In this document: piece after piece, positions 1 through 13,583 of the stretch
Layout: the number at the start of each line of letters is the position of its first letter
Position numbering within the stretch: the first letter of the stretch is position 1
Assembly: GCA_964016885.1 (NCBI GenBank)
Contig: OZ024752.1
Span: forward strand, 23,746,001 to 23,810,000
Origin: Eledone cirrhosa
Lineage: Eukaryota
Reading direction: 5' to 3'
DNA length: 64,000 nucleotides
Program-made: the position numbers and the translations under genes
The notes under the pieces: model-generated
Databases searched by the model: none
What the model saw: the letters and a program-made list of their open reading frames with translations, nothing else
Told to the model about the DNA's origin: nothing

Positions 1-583
1 TTTGTTTTTCTTTTCTTTTTTCTTTTCTTTACGTTTTTCGTTGCTGCTGTGCTGTTTTGATTTTGATTTTTGATTTTTTGATGTTTTGACCGGGTCATCA
101 AATCAGTCTATTTATATCTTTTGATGCCTTCCTGACTTAGTGGGAATACTACGATACCTCTGTCTTACCAGGAGGTAGTGGGAGAGAATAGCGGCGGTAG
201 CGATAATGAGGCAGTGGTGGTGGTGGTGATGTGATCGTAGTACTGTAGTGATGGTGTTGAAGTTGAAGTAGAAATAGAAGTTGGAGTAACTTGGCTAGAT
301 TTTTTGGTGTGGTAGTGGTGATGGTGGTGGTGGTGGTGTTGGTGGTGAAATTATTTGCCTGTTTGTCCACGTAGCCATTTTCCTCTTCTTTGACTATAAC
401 ATTTCTGATCCAAAATTAAATATTAAATATTGGGGCCCTATGTCATAATGTGATGCGTTGTCACTTGCTGAGAGTTAAAACTGTAATCTTATGTTTCATT
501 TGTAATAAGAATTATTCTATCACAGTTGTTTTAAATATGTAAAAGTCAAAAGCTTACGGGAGCGATTCCATAACGATATATCC

Positions 584-616
<33 letters not shown>

Positions 617-617
617 T

Positions 618-925
618 ATGCCACCGCGGAACGGGAAGATGGTCATGCCATCTGGCCTTTGCCGTCCCCTCGGTCAAGCCCCACCGGCTCGAGATGGGGG
701 GGGGAATCCCGCAGCGTCCAAGCCACGCTTTGTGACCTGGTTGAGTGCAGCATGGCATGGAAGGCAACCGACACTGTGGCGACAGGAAAGCGGGTGGAGG
801 CCAAAAGAGTCCACGGTGGATCCGCAGCGACATTGGTGTGGCTCGTAGATCCAGAGGCCGAGCCTCACGGAAACGCCGATGCGCACTTCTACTACCACGT
901 TGCCACCCACTGCCATATGGACACA
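618..925 (-). mobile_element. CRE-clade non-LTR retrotransposon fragment (C-terminal Zn-knuckle plus start of restriction-like endonuclease), frameshifted
   Basis: Minus strand reads RLGL..HQCRCGSTVDSFGLHPLSC..HAALN..RGLDAAG and, after a shift in the G-run, DGKRPDGMTIFPF, matching the CRE-type C-x-C..H..C / RPD motif order. GC-rich island between (TA)n tracts. Confidence 0.75.
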
Positions 926-969
926 TATATATATATATATATATATAGATATATAGATATATATATATA

Positions 970-1345
970 TGAAATAGCAATATATATATATGAATGTATA
1001 TATAGTGTATTTTGCAATACACTGTATGCTTAATTAAAAGAATTTTGAAGACCTTACGCTATTGTTTTAAAGTAGTGACAATGTCAATTATTTCTATTTT
1101 CAGCAAACAAGGGGAGATAAGCTGACAGAGCTCTGTTTCGTACATGTTGGTACTTATCAAAGCTCAGCACTCCTCCTGTCTGCTGAAAATTATGAATGTT
1201 GGATTCTTATAGAATTCCAGTAATAATCAGGAACTGATTATACAGATCGGTTGCCGGACCAGCAACAATTGAAAATTGGTGCTCTGAAATAGCGATATAT
1301 ATATGAAAACAATAGCGTACGGTCTTCAAAATGCTTATAATTATA
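970..1345 (-). mobile_element. Non-coding HHR-bearing PLE-like element (family A)
   Basis: Similar to 15905-16165. Contains a minus-strand HHR. 1305-1330 is an inverted copy of ~1043-1068. Flanked by (TA)n. Confidence 0.6.
1120..1164 (-). ncRNA. Minimal hammerhead ribozyme, variant core
   Basis: Reverse complement: AGCT-TTGATAA-GTAC caacat GTAC-GAAAC AGAGCTCT GTC-AGCT. Stems I, II and III all pair; core is TTGATAA instead of CTGATGA. Confidence 0.6.
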
Positions 1346-1452
1346 TATATGATAATATATATATATATATATATATTATAATATATATTATTTATTATAA
1401 TATATATTATATATATATATATATATATTATAATATATATTATATATATATA

Positions 1453-1509
<57 letters not shown>

Positions 1510-1518
<9 letters not shown>

Positions 1519-1943
1519 CAGGCACACATATATATATGCACGTATCAGTTTACCGAACATTTATTATAATGTTCGCTTTGTTCGTTTGTAAACAAACGAG
1601 CAGCCTGATTTACGCCGTACAGTGTTCAGGCCACCACGTCACCCTTTTGTTCAACACTGACACAGGAACGATGTACTAGTTTAAAGCTTGTTAGCTATCG
1701 TCAGCACCGTATACCTTTCTGCCAGATGGTTGACCGTCCGAAAGTATATACTTTCCTTATGAAAATTAACGGCTGAGCAGCCTAATTTGCATATCGAGTG
1801 AGTTCAGTCGGCCAGGCGCACCGAAAACGATAAATGGAATAGAATGAAACGAAATTTCATTTCTCACTCTTAGTACGGTACTTACTTAAATGTAAGTATG
1901 TATGTATACGTACGTACATATATGTATAAAGACGTACAGTAGC

Positions 1944-1995
<52 letters not shown>

Positions 1996-2158
1996 GCACA
2001 CATATATATATGCACGTATCAGTTTACCGAACATTTATTATAATGTTCGCTTTGTTCGTTTGTAAACAAACGAACAGCCTGATTTACGCCGTACAGTGTT
2101 CAGGCAACCACGTCAAATGTTCGGTAAACTGATTCGTGCATATATATATGTGTGCCTG

Positions 2159-2233
<75 letters not shown>

Positions 2234-2658
2234 GTTACTGTACGTCTTTATACATATATGTACGTACGTATACATACATACTTTTATTTAAGTAAGTGCC
2301 GTACTAAGAGTGAGAAATGAAATTTCGTTTCATTCTATTCTATTTATCGTTTTCGGTGCGCCTGGCCGACTCAACTCACTCGATATGCAAATTAGGCTGC
2401 TCAGCCGTTAATTTTCATAAGGAAAGTATATACTTTCGGACGTTCAACCATCTGGCAGAAAGGTATACGGTGCTGACGATAGCTAACAAGCTTTAAACTA
2501 GTACATCGTTCCTGTGTCAGTGTTGAACAAAAGGGTGACGTGGTTGCCTGAACACTGTACGGCGTGAATCAGGCTGTTCGTTTGTTTACAAACGAACAAA
2601 GCGAACATTATAATAAATGTTCGGTAAACTGATACGTGCATATATATATGTGTGCCTG

Positions 2659-2709
<51 letters not shown>

Positions 2710-2760
2710 GCTACTGTACGTCTTTATACATATATGTACGTACGTATACATACATACTTA
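1510..2760. repeat. Family B HHR repeat units in inverted arrangement
   Basis: ~1515-1945 is the reverse complement of ~2225-2660, with partial extra units. Same sequence as the array at 22945-26116. HHRs at 1669-1709(-) and 2468-2508(+) carry GAAA->TAAA. Confidence 0.85.
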
Positions 2761-2879
2761 TATTATAATATATATAATTATAAGCATTTTGAAGACCTTA
2801 CGCTATTGTTTTCATATATATATCGCTATTTCAGAGCACCAATTTGAATGAAAGGAGGTGGGTGATGTGTGGGTGTAAA

Positions 2880-2932
2880 TGGTAGCTCAGTGGTCTGGAT
2901 AACCAAAGATGTGGGTTCGACTCCCAGGTACG
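2880..2932 (+). promoter_or_regulatory. tRNA-like Pol III A/B box pair (possible SINE head)
   Basis: TAGCTCAGTGG (A box) and GGTTCGACTCC (B box) at tRNA-like spacing; no full cloverleaf seen. Confidence 0.5.
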
Positions 2933-3052
2933 TCAATATCCTCTTTTTCCATTTATCTGAGGGTTTTAGACCCCATTATCAGACTAAAATTCTTTTCTAA
3001 TTTTAAACCTGCTCACTGTTTCAAAACATATTTACAAATATATATATATATA

Positions 3053-3093
<41 letters not shown>

Positions 3094-3203
3094 TAATATA
3101 TATATATATATATATACTATAATATATATAAAAGACGTAAGATAAGAAAATATTTTTTTAAAAAATTTTTTTTTAAATCTTTTACTTACTTACTTAAATT
3201 TTC

Positions 3204-3285
3204 ACTCCAACTAATTAGTTTCTGCAATGGGATAAAGACAGTTACGTAATCCAACTGTCGAGAATTCATTGCGTCATCAGGGAGT
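3204..3285 (-). ncRNA. Hammerhead ribozyme (family C)
   Basis: Reverse complement of the 4341-4422 motif. Confidence 0.85.
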
Positions 3286-3762
3286 CTATTCTCAGCTGAG
3301 TCTCCAGGCAATGCGCGGACACTGGCGGCTCATATAAAAATAATAATAATTCGGTAGAAAGAACAGCTGGCGAGGACTGGTTTCCATGTACTGAAATTCT
3401 CACTGCTTCTAGTCAAATGGCCGATTCTAAAGAATCAATCACGTGACACAGAGGCTAGTTAGAAGGAATGGGATGGTAAGATGACTGACGCCTACTAACA
3501 CCACAAAAAAAATTTAGAAGTGGTTTTGGCAGGTTTGCTCGACAAATCAGTGATTTGGAGATAAATATAGATAATTTAATATATCAACTAACATAGGCGC
3601 ACACATGCACGTCCATGCCAGCAAATACACAGGTTATGTCATAGTACCTAGGTGGTTCAATGCAGGAGGGTGCAGAACAATAATATAAAAGACGTAAGAT
3701 AAGAAAATATTTTTAAAAAAAAATTTTTTTTTTAAATCTTTTACTTACTTACTTAAATTTTC

Positions 3763-3844
3763 ACTCCAACTAATTAGTTTCTGCAATGGGATAAAGACAG
3801 TTACGTAATCCAACTGTCGAGAATTCATTGCGTCATCAGGGAGT
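3763..3844 (-). ncRNA. Hammerhead ribozyme (family C)
   Basis: Reverse complement of the 4341-4422 motif. Confidence 0.85.
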
Positions 3845-4340
3845 CTATTCTCAGCTGAGTCTCCAGACAATGCGCGGACACTGGCGGCTCATATAAAAAA
3901 AAAAATTTTTTTTAAATATTTTCTTATCTTACGTCTTTTATATTATTGTTCTGCACCCTCCTGCATTGAACCACCTAGGTACTATGACATAACCTGTGTA
4001 TTTGCTGGCATGGACGAGCATCTGTGCGCCTATGTTAGTTGATATATTAAATTATCTATATTTATCTCCAAATCACTGATTTGTCGAGCAAACCTGCCAA
4101 AACCACTTCTAAATTTTTTTTGGGGTGTTAGTAGGCGTCAGTCATCTTACCATCCCATTCCTTCTAACTAGCCTCTGTGTCACGTGATTGATTCTTTAGA
4201 ATCGGCCATTTGACTAGAAGCAGTGAGAATTTCAGTACATGGAATCCAGTCCTCGCCAGCTGTTCTTTCTACCGAATTATTATTATTTTTATATGAGCCG
4301 CCAGTGTCCGCGCATTGCCTGGAGACTCAGCTGAGAATAG

Positions 4341-4422
4341 ACTCCCTGATGACGCAATGAATTCTCGACAGTTGGATTACGTAACTGTCTTTATCCCATT
4401 GCAGAAACTAATTAGTTGGAGT
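4341..4422 (+). ncRNA. Hammerhead ribozyme (family C)
   Basis: ACTCC-CTGATGA-cGCAATG...CATTGCa-GAAAC TAATTA GTT-GGAGT: canonical core, stem I ACTCC/GGAGT, palindromic stem III, GUU cleavage triplet. Confidence 0.88.
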
Positions 4423-4896
4423 GAAAATTTAAGTAAGTAAGTAAAAGATTTAAAAAAAATTTTTTAAAAAAATATTTTCTTATCTTACGTCTTTTATATT
4501 ATTGTTCTGCACCCTCCTGCATTGAACCACCTAGGTACTATGACATAACCTGTGTATTTGCTGGCATGGACGTGCATCTGTGCGCCTATGTTAGTTGATA
4601 TATTAAATTATCTATATTTATCTCCAAATCACTGATTTGTCGAGCAAACCTGCCAAAACCACTTCTAAATTTTTTTGGGGGTGTTAGTAGGCGTCAGTCA
4701 TCTTACCATCCCATTCCTTCTAACTAGCCTCTGTGTCACGTGATTGATTCTTTAGAATCGGCCATTTGACTAGAAGCAGTGAGAATTTCAGTACATGGAA
4801 TCCAGTCCTCGCCAGCTGTTCTTTCTACCGAATTATTATTATTTTTATATGAGCCGCCAGTGTCCGCGCATTGCCTGGAGACTCAGCTGAGAATAG

Positions 4897-4978
4897 ACTC
4901 CCTGATGACGCAATGAATTCTCGACAGTTGGATTACGTAACTGTCTTTATCCCATTGCAGAAACTAATTAGTTGGAGT
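4897..4978 (+). ncRNA. Hammerhead ribozyme (family C)
   Basis: Identical to 4341-4422. Confidence 0.88.
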
Positions 4979-5199
4979 GAAAATTTAAGTAAGTAAGTAA
5001 AAGATTTAAAAAAAATTTTTTAAAAAAATATTTTCTTATCTTACGTCTTTTATATTATTGTTCTGCACCCTCCTGCATTGAACCACCTAGGTACTATGAC
5101 ATAACCTGTGTATTTGCTGGCATGGACGTGCATCTGTGCGCCTATGTTAGTTGATATATTAAATTATCTATACTATAATATATATATATATATATATAT

Positions 5200-5269
<70 letters not shown>

Positions 5270-5282
5270 TATAATATATATG

Positions 5283-5315
<33 letters not shown>

Positions 5316-5327
5316 GTATATATAATG

Positions 5328-5380
<53 letters not shown>

Positions 5381-5657
5381 ATATATATGTATATATATAT
5401 AGAGAGATTAGATATATATAATATGTGTATTTATATTATATATATATAATATATATGTATAGATTATATATATATAATATATATATTTACATTATATATA
5501 TATAATATATATTATATATATATTATATATATATAATATATATATTTACATTATATATATATAATATATATTATATATATATAATATATATAGTAAATAT
5601 ATATTATGTATATAATATATATAATATATATATTATATATATATATAATATATATAT

Positions 5658-5688
<31 letters not shown>

Positions 5689-5713
5689 ATTATATATATA
5701 TTATATATATATG

Positions 5714-5751
<38 letters not shown>

Positions 5752-5785
5752 TATATATATATTATATATATATGATATATATATA

Positions 5786-5846
<61 letters not shown>

Positions 5847-6015
5847 CTATTTATAGTTATGTATACAGTATAAAGAACTATAAACAGGAAGGTCAGTAAT
5901 TTCTTAATTACCTTATTACCAGTAAGAGAAATAGATCAATGTATGAACATCAGTTGTTATACAGAGCAACAATATATATAAATTATACAATTATCAAAGT
6001 TGTGTTCAAATCATT

Positions 6016-6069
6016 TAATAGCTGACGATCGTTTCTTCCAAACTCTCGGTTGCATTCATCGGAGCATTA
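6016..6069 (-). ncRNA. Hammerhead ribozyme of PLE 1 (CCGATGA core)
   Basis: Reverse complement: TAATGCT-CCGATGA-stem II-GAAAC GATC GTC-AGCTATTA. Confidence 0.65.
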
Positions 6070-7401
6070 TCAGTGTTTGCACATATAATTAACCACCTAT
6101 TCAACTGAACAATAATATAGATACATATAAATATAAATTGATGTTTTGAGCAACAGTTTCGTATTTACAGGGTGGAATGGATGTGATACATATTTTACGA
6201 GAATTGTACAATAATTGTACAAACATTCAAGTTCAAATTCAAATTCAAATTCAAATTAAACTCAAATCAAAAGCACGGAGTGGAATACATGCAACAGTTA
6301 AAACAAGGGAATAGTCAAAATATTAAAGAGGCATTGAGGAAGTAGTTTTGAGAAAGGAAGGGTGCAATAACAATTTATATACAGGCGTGTGGATAGTGCG
6401 ACTGCGTAAGTAATATACATGAGAAGGAGACAAGCAAAGCTATTATGCATATATAGATGAATAAATACTGCACTTTAAGCAAATATGTTAATGTCTTAGA
6501 ATCTATGGTGGATGTTGAATGTTGATGGTGTTCGAATTAATGTGTGTTGAGAAACATAAGTCTTTGCAGACTTTTCCATGACATATGTTGAATTAAATTT
6601 TAGTTAATGTTTATATTGAATGTTTTAAGTTAGTTAGAGCAATGGATTGTAAATTAGTTTTAATGAATTCATATTCATAGACTATATTTTATCAACCGTT
6701 AAATTTTCAATCGTTAATTTCTGGAAGTGAAGAAAGGGAGCTAATGCGTAAGGGGAGGTAACCAGCTAATTAAGTTCAATTCAGTTATTAAAATTCTTTG
6801 TTCTAATACACAATATAATGTGATACCATTGGATTTCTGTTACATAACCCTGTATATGTATGCCTGATTTTAAATACAGTATATTCTACTATTATACATT
6901 AAACGTCTCTTTAGATTGTTATCTATTCATTACTGGACAAGGTATATGTTATGAAGGATTATACAGCTGTTAATGTCATAATAGACATGCTACATGTGTA
7001 ATAATATAATTCCTAATATACAATGCTATTACATTTTATATTTAATTATAAATGTATATATACTTTATTATTATTATGTTGTGTAATTTAAGCATTTAAT
7101 TATACAATTATAAATGCACATATAGTTTATTATCACATATACATTAAATGTCTCTACTTACCAAGTGCCAAATATCCATTGCTGTATATGATATAATTAA
7201 TCTATTGTAGTTATATCACAAGGTGGTAACTATATGTCTAATTCTAACTGTTATTGCAGAGCATAAGGTTATAGATGAATAGGAGTTGTGTAGAGGAAAT
7301 AGTTGGTCGTGGGGTTTGTGGTTGTGGGTGCTGCTAAGTCCTGGATGTGTAGTGTTAATGGTGCTGAATAATTCAAATCTGACATTGTTGTATACTAACA
7401 G

Positions 7402-8490
7402 CTAGGTTTAAAGTTATGGGACGAGTGCCGGTACCGGTGTTGGCACGGAGAGAATGTCTCTGACTTTCTATTAAGGAGGTCTAGTTTCGAAAAGATTATA
7501 GTATGGGTCTCCAGAAGGCAGAGATTACACAATTTATTCGGTGGTTTATACGATGAGGCCCTACCTACTACTTCCCATTGCAGAGTAAATGGTCTATTCT
7601 TAGTTTTCAGAGAGTGTATGCAGCTAGATAAAGAAGTGGAGCTGGATAGATTGTGTTTTTTGAAAGAGTGGAGGTGCGAGTTGTATCTCGTGTTGAACTT
7701 GTTCGAAGTAGAACCTATATATGTTTAAGAAGAGTTGTTTGCATTGACGGTGCATGAGTAGATGATGTCTTTGGTTAAGCAATTATTACCTAGGGGACAA
7801 GTTCTATTAGTTCTACAGTTACATTTGTTCTGGGTGTTAGCTTGCCGGTTCGTATGTTGTGAAGAATTCTGGTCACTAGGGATAGAACTAGGGTAATGAT
7901 GTCTATCATTCGTATTGTTATTGATTTCATTAGTGCTATTATCATTATTACTATTATTACTGTTATTGTTTACAGGTACTAAGTTTACCTCCTGTTGTGT
8001 TTTAATTAATTGGAAATAGTTATTAATCTTCCTTTTATTTCTACCAGCTATATGGTATGCTATGTTAGGTGTGGTGGAGTACGATATTTTAATTGTATTT
8101 TTATTGATAAGGCTATGGTACTTGTGGCCGGTCGGGAAGTATTTTTCTAACATTGAGAAGAATGCCTTAGGCAAGTTGGTAGAGATGTTTAGATTGAAAG
8201 GGGGATTGAAGAATGTATTAGTTCTCCTTCTATTTTTGTTTATAGTATTGTTTTTTTAGGTATTTATATCCCTGTTTATATTATTATCGTGGTGTTTACT
8301 CTGGTGTGAGTTAAGTTTGGTATTAATCTTCGTCTTAGAGTTATAGTGGCTAGTGTTTTTACTATTTTTCCTCATGGCCATATTATGAGAAATAATGTTG
8401 TAACTATGTGATTTTATAGGTAGGAATTCAATCTCATTCTTATGTCCTGATTTAGCAAAGGCCTCATTATAGTATTGTGAATTATTGTTA
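7402..8490 (-). pseudogene. Naiad-type PLE ORF C-terminal part (thumb end, Asn-rich linker, Zn knuckle, GIY-YIG endonuclease)
   Basis: YYNEAFAKSGH; FFNPPFNL; YFP.GHKYH..INKNTIKISYSTTPNI; CNCR..CPLGNNCL..IIYSC; after one TAA, TYIGSTSNKFNTRY..H..SF; CNLCLLE; LLNRKSE. Contains a frameshift and a stop. Confidence 0.88.
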
Positions 8491-9317
8491 AATATACCAT
8501 AATATACTATAATATACACAATACTATAATGAGGCCTTAGCTAAATCAGGACATAAGAATGAGATTGAATTCCTACCTATAAAATCACATTGCTGTATAT
8601 GATATAATTAATCTATTGTAGTTATATCACAAGGTGGTAACTCTATGTCTAATTCTAACTGTTATTGAAGAGCATAAGGTTATAGATGAATAGGAGTTGT
8701 GTAGAGGGAAGAGTTGGTCGAGGGGTTTGTGGTTGTGGGTGCTGCTAAGTCCTAGATATGTAGTGTTAATGGTGGTGGATAATTCAAATCTGACATTGTT
8801 GTATACTAACAGCTAGGTTTAAAGTTATGAGACGAGTGCCGGTACCGGTGTTGGCACGAGGAAAACGTCTCTGACTTTCTATTAAGGAGGTCAGGTTTCG
8901 AAAAGATTATAGTATGGGTCTCCAGAAGGCAGAGATTACACAATTTATTCGGTGGTTTATACAATGAGGCCCTACCTACTACTTCCCATTGCAGTGTAAA
9001 TGGACTATTCCTAGTTTTCAGAGAGTGTATGCAGCTAGATAAAGAAGTGGAGCTGGCTAGATTGTGTTTTTTGAAAGAGTGGAGGTGCGAGCAGTGGCGT
9101 AACTAGCTTTTAAAGCCAGGGAGGGGGAATTCGATCTAAAGGGGGCCCACCAATTCCATACGCTCATTTCCATCGGCTGCAAGGAAACATGTTCATACAC
9201 GCATATAGAAAACTTTACTTTCACATTCGAGCACATCACTTGTTCTACAGTTCTGATTTGCGATGTTTTACTTTAGAAAATTTTTCAATCACGATGCTGA
9301 AATCAATTTTTTCAGCC

Positions 9318-9635
9318 AGTTCTTCGAACAAGTTCAATACGAGATACAACTCGCACCTCCACTCTTTCAAAAAACACAATCTATCCAGCTCCACTTCTTT
9401 ATCTAGCTGCATAAACTCTCTGAAAACTAAGAATAGACCATTTACACTGCAATGGGAAGTAGTAGGTAGGGCCTCATCGTATAAACCACCGAATAAATTG
9501 TGTAATCTCTGCCTTCTGGAGACCCATACTATAATCTTTTCGAAACTAGACCTCCTTAATAGAAAGTCAGAGACATTCTCCTCGTACCAACACCGGTACC
9601 GGCACTCGTCCCATAACTTTAAACCTAGCTGTTAG
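9318..9635 (+). pseudogene. Inverted copy of PLE 1 GIY-YIG C-terminus
   Basis: SSSNKFNTRYNSHLHSF...CNLCLLE...FKPSC, matching 7402-7712(-). Confidence 0.88.
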
Positions 9636-10961
9636 TATACAACAATGTCAGATTTGAATTATCCACCACCATTAACACTACACATCCAGGACTTAGCAGC
9701 ACCCACAACCACAAACCCCTCGACCAACTATTTCCTCTACACAACTCCTATTCATCTATAACCTTATGCTCTGCAATAACAGTTAAAATTAGACATAGAG
9801 TTACCACCTTGTGATATAACTACAATAGATTAATTATATCATATACAGCAATGGATATTTGGCACTTGGTATGTAGAGACATTTAATGTAATATGTGATA
9901 ATAAACTATATGTGCATTTATAATTGTATAATTAAATGCTTAAATTACACAACATAATAATAATAAAGTATATATACATTTATAATTAAATATAAAATGT
10001 AATAGCATTGTATAGTAGGAATTATATTATTACACATGTAGCATATCTATTATGGCATTAACAGCTGTATAATCCTTCATAACATATACCTTGTCCAGTA
10101 ATGAATAGATAACAATCTAAAAAGACGTTTAATGTATGATAGTAGAATATACTGTATTTAAAATCAAGCATACATATACAGGGTTATGTAACAGAAATCC
10201 AATGGTATCACATTATATTGTGTATTAGAACAAAGAATTTTAATGACTGAATTGAACTTAATTAGCTGGTTACCTCCCCTTACGCATTAGCTCCCTTTCT
10301 TCACTTCCAGAAATTAACGATTGAAAATTTAACGGTTGATAAAATATAGTCTATGAATATGAATTCATTAAGACTAATTTACAATCCATTGCTCTAACTA
10401 ACTTAAAACATTCAATATAAACATTAACTAAAATTTAATTCAACATATGTCATGGAAAAGTCTGCAAAGACTTATGTTTCTCAACACACATTAATTCGAA
10501 CACCATCAACATTCAACATCCACCATAGATTCTAAGACATTAACATATTTGCTTAAAGTGCAGTATTTATTCATCTATATATGCATAATAGCTTTGCTTG
10601 TTTCCTTCTCATGTATATTACTTACGCAGTCGCACTATCCACACGCCTGTATATGAATTGTTATTGCACCCTTCCTTTCTCAAAACTACTTCCTCAATGC
10701 CTCTTTAATATTTTGACTATTCCCTTGTTTTAACTGTTGTATGTATTCCACTCCGTGCTTTTGATTTGAGTTTAATTTTAATTTGAATTTGAATTTGAAC
10801 TTGAATGTTTGTACAATTATTGTACAATTCTCGTAAAATATGTGTCACATCCATTCCACCCTGTAAATACGAAACTGTTGCTCAAAACATCAATTTATAT
10901 CTCTATGTATCTATATTATTGTTCAGTTGAATAGGAGGTTAATTATATGTGCAAACATTGA

Positions 10962-11015
10962 TAATGCTCCGATGAATCCAAACGTGAGATTGGAAGAAGC
11001 GATTGTCAGCTATTA
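10962..11015 (+). ncRNA. Hammerhead ribozyme of PLE 1, right arm (GAAA->GAAG)
   Basis: TAATGCT-CCGATGA-aTCCAA..TTGGAa-GAAGC GATT GTC-AGCTATTA. Confidence 0.55.
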
Positions 11016-11058
11016 AATGATTTGAACACAACTTTGATAATTGTATAATTTATTTATT

Positions 11059-11736
<678 letters not shown>

Positions 11737-11811
11737 GTGAAGACTAAAATCCAAAGAGGGCTCGATATATATATATATTATATATTATATATAATATATA
11801 TATATATACAG

Positions 11812-11901
<90 letters not shown>

Positions 11902-12156
11902 AGAGAGGGGGAGAGAGAGAGAGAAAGAGAGGGGGGATAACAATATATCGTTAAAGGTAATCCGATAAGAGGTTGTGAGGACTACTTATCATCGATAGTT
12001 TAAGCGTACGGTGCTGTGTGACTCAACAAGAGGTTTACGTGGATGGCGAGTTCATGACTTCACTTGTATTCCTATGTAAGTATATCTTGTAGTAATAAAA
12101 TTGAAAAAGTGAAGAATAACATGGTCAACAGTACAGACAAGGAAGTTTATTTACAG

Positions 12157-12259
12157 TCTAACGATTGTTTCTATGATAGATTTGTCTAAAAATTGCTAAA
12201 CACTCAAATTAGTGACACCCACTTTAAAATACATATAACCTCTATCATTTCGTCAGAGA
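12157..12259 (-). ncRNA. Hammerhead ribozyme of PLE 2 with long stem II
   Basis: Reverse complement: TCT-CTGACGA-aATGATAGA...TCTATCATa-GAAAC AATC GTT-AGA. Confidence 0.65.
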
Positions 12260-13583
12260 ATTGGTAAAAAAATACAAAATATATGCGTAACGGGAAATTT
12301 ATAAATTTTTAGTGGTGCTAGACCCAGGGTTACTTACTCCGGTAAGTACCACCGGAATCTAACTATTAATTTTAATAGAGAAAAATGATAAGAGATTTTC
12401 TATAACACCATGCCGAAATGAGAGTTATCTCTCACTACAAAGGTAATGATTAAAAGCGTAACCAGTTTCTCAAAGCGAGTACCAAATATAAATTTTCATT
12501 TATTGTAGTTCCATGTTACAATTGTGGTAAACAAATATCCTCGTACATAATTAGGTACAATCCTGATCCATGAGAGGTGGTTAGAGAAAAGTTAACATGC
12601 TTGTGTTCGGTGTTGTCAATTCGAAGAAAAACGCCAAAAGAGAGAGAGAAGATTTGAGTTCCCTCTATTTATATCCTTTGACCGGAAGTTAAAAGGAAGG
12701 TTCTAGAATTTCAACGGGAAGTAACTCTAGCTACTTCCCTTGTCTAGAGAGCGCTACAAATTCAAATTACTACATCAATAATAAAGATAGAGAGAGAAAT
12801 ATAGAGAGAAATAAGTAAATAAAGAAAGAAAGAGGGACAGATGAAAAGGAGGGGGAAAAAAGAAAAGACGAAAGAGAGAACGGAGATATAGTTAAATGCA
12901 TAAACACAAAATTACGAAATCAAACCATCACATCAAAATGAAGATAATATTAATGATAATATACAGATAGAAAGCAAAGAGGGGGCATAGATGTAGTAGA
13001 GGTAGAGAAGGAAAAGAAGGATGAATAAGGAAAAAGAGGAAGAGATAGATAAAGATGAAGAAGGAAGAGGGGAACAGGTAGAGGCAGTAATTGTTGATGA
13101 ATACAGACAGAGATAGGAAGGAAAGAGGAAGGAAGGTAAACAGACAGACGAATATACATTAATACAAGAGTCAAAGCAAGTAAAACATAGAGATTTAAGC
13201 AAAGAAACAAATAGATAAATAAATAAATAAATAAATAAATAAAAGTATAGATAAATAAATAAATACAGATAGATGAGTAAATAAACAATTTACATCTATT
13301 GTTGTGTAAAATGGTATAATATCTGAAACATAGAGATGAGAATAAAGAAATAAATAGATGCGTTGAAGAGAGTAGTATTAATGTTGTTAATGTTATTGCG
13401 GAGAGCTATTGATGATTATTAAATATGGATAGATGTAAAGTTGAAAATATTATAATATTGGATATATTTATGTATGCATTGGATATTTTGATAAGTAAAT
13501 TGACTATTTAAGATGTATTATATGATAAGATAAAATGATCGAGATGAAATAGGTTTACGTAGAGAAATGCAGAGACAAATAAT

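Larger units (their letters stand above)
3127..5172. mobile_element. Family C: ~557-bp tandem HHR repeat (retrozyme-like), ~1.4 units minus then ~2.3 units plus
   Basis: Period 559 (3204/3763) and 556 (4341/4897), orientation switch in an A/T run near 3900, no ORF, flanked by (TA)n. Confidence 0.9.
5843..11055. mobile_element. Penelope-like (Naiad-type) element 1, 5'-truncated, with ~1.7-kb inverted arms
   Basis: ~5980-7710 is the reverse complement of ~9320-11050. Minus-strand ORF remnant 7400-8490. HHR in each arm. (TA)n left, (TG)n right. Confidence 0.9.

Noticed and set aside
2880-2940. tRNA gene
   Set aside because: A/B boxes only; no acceptor or anticodon stems could be formed.
3127-5172. 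CRISPR-like or satellite array
   Set aside because: Eukaryotic context, no spacers or cas genes, few long units.
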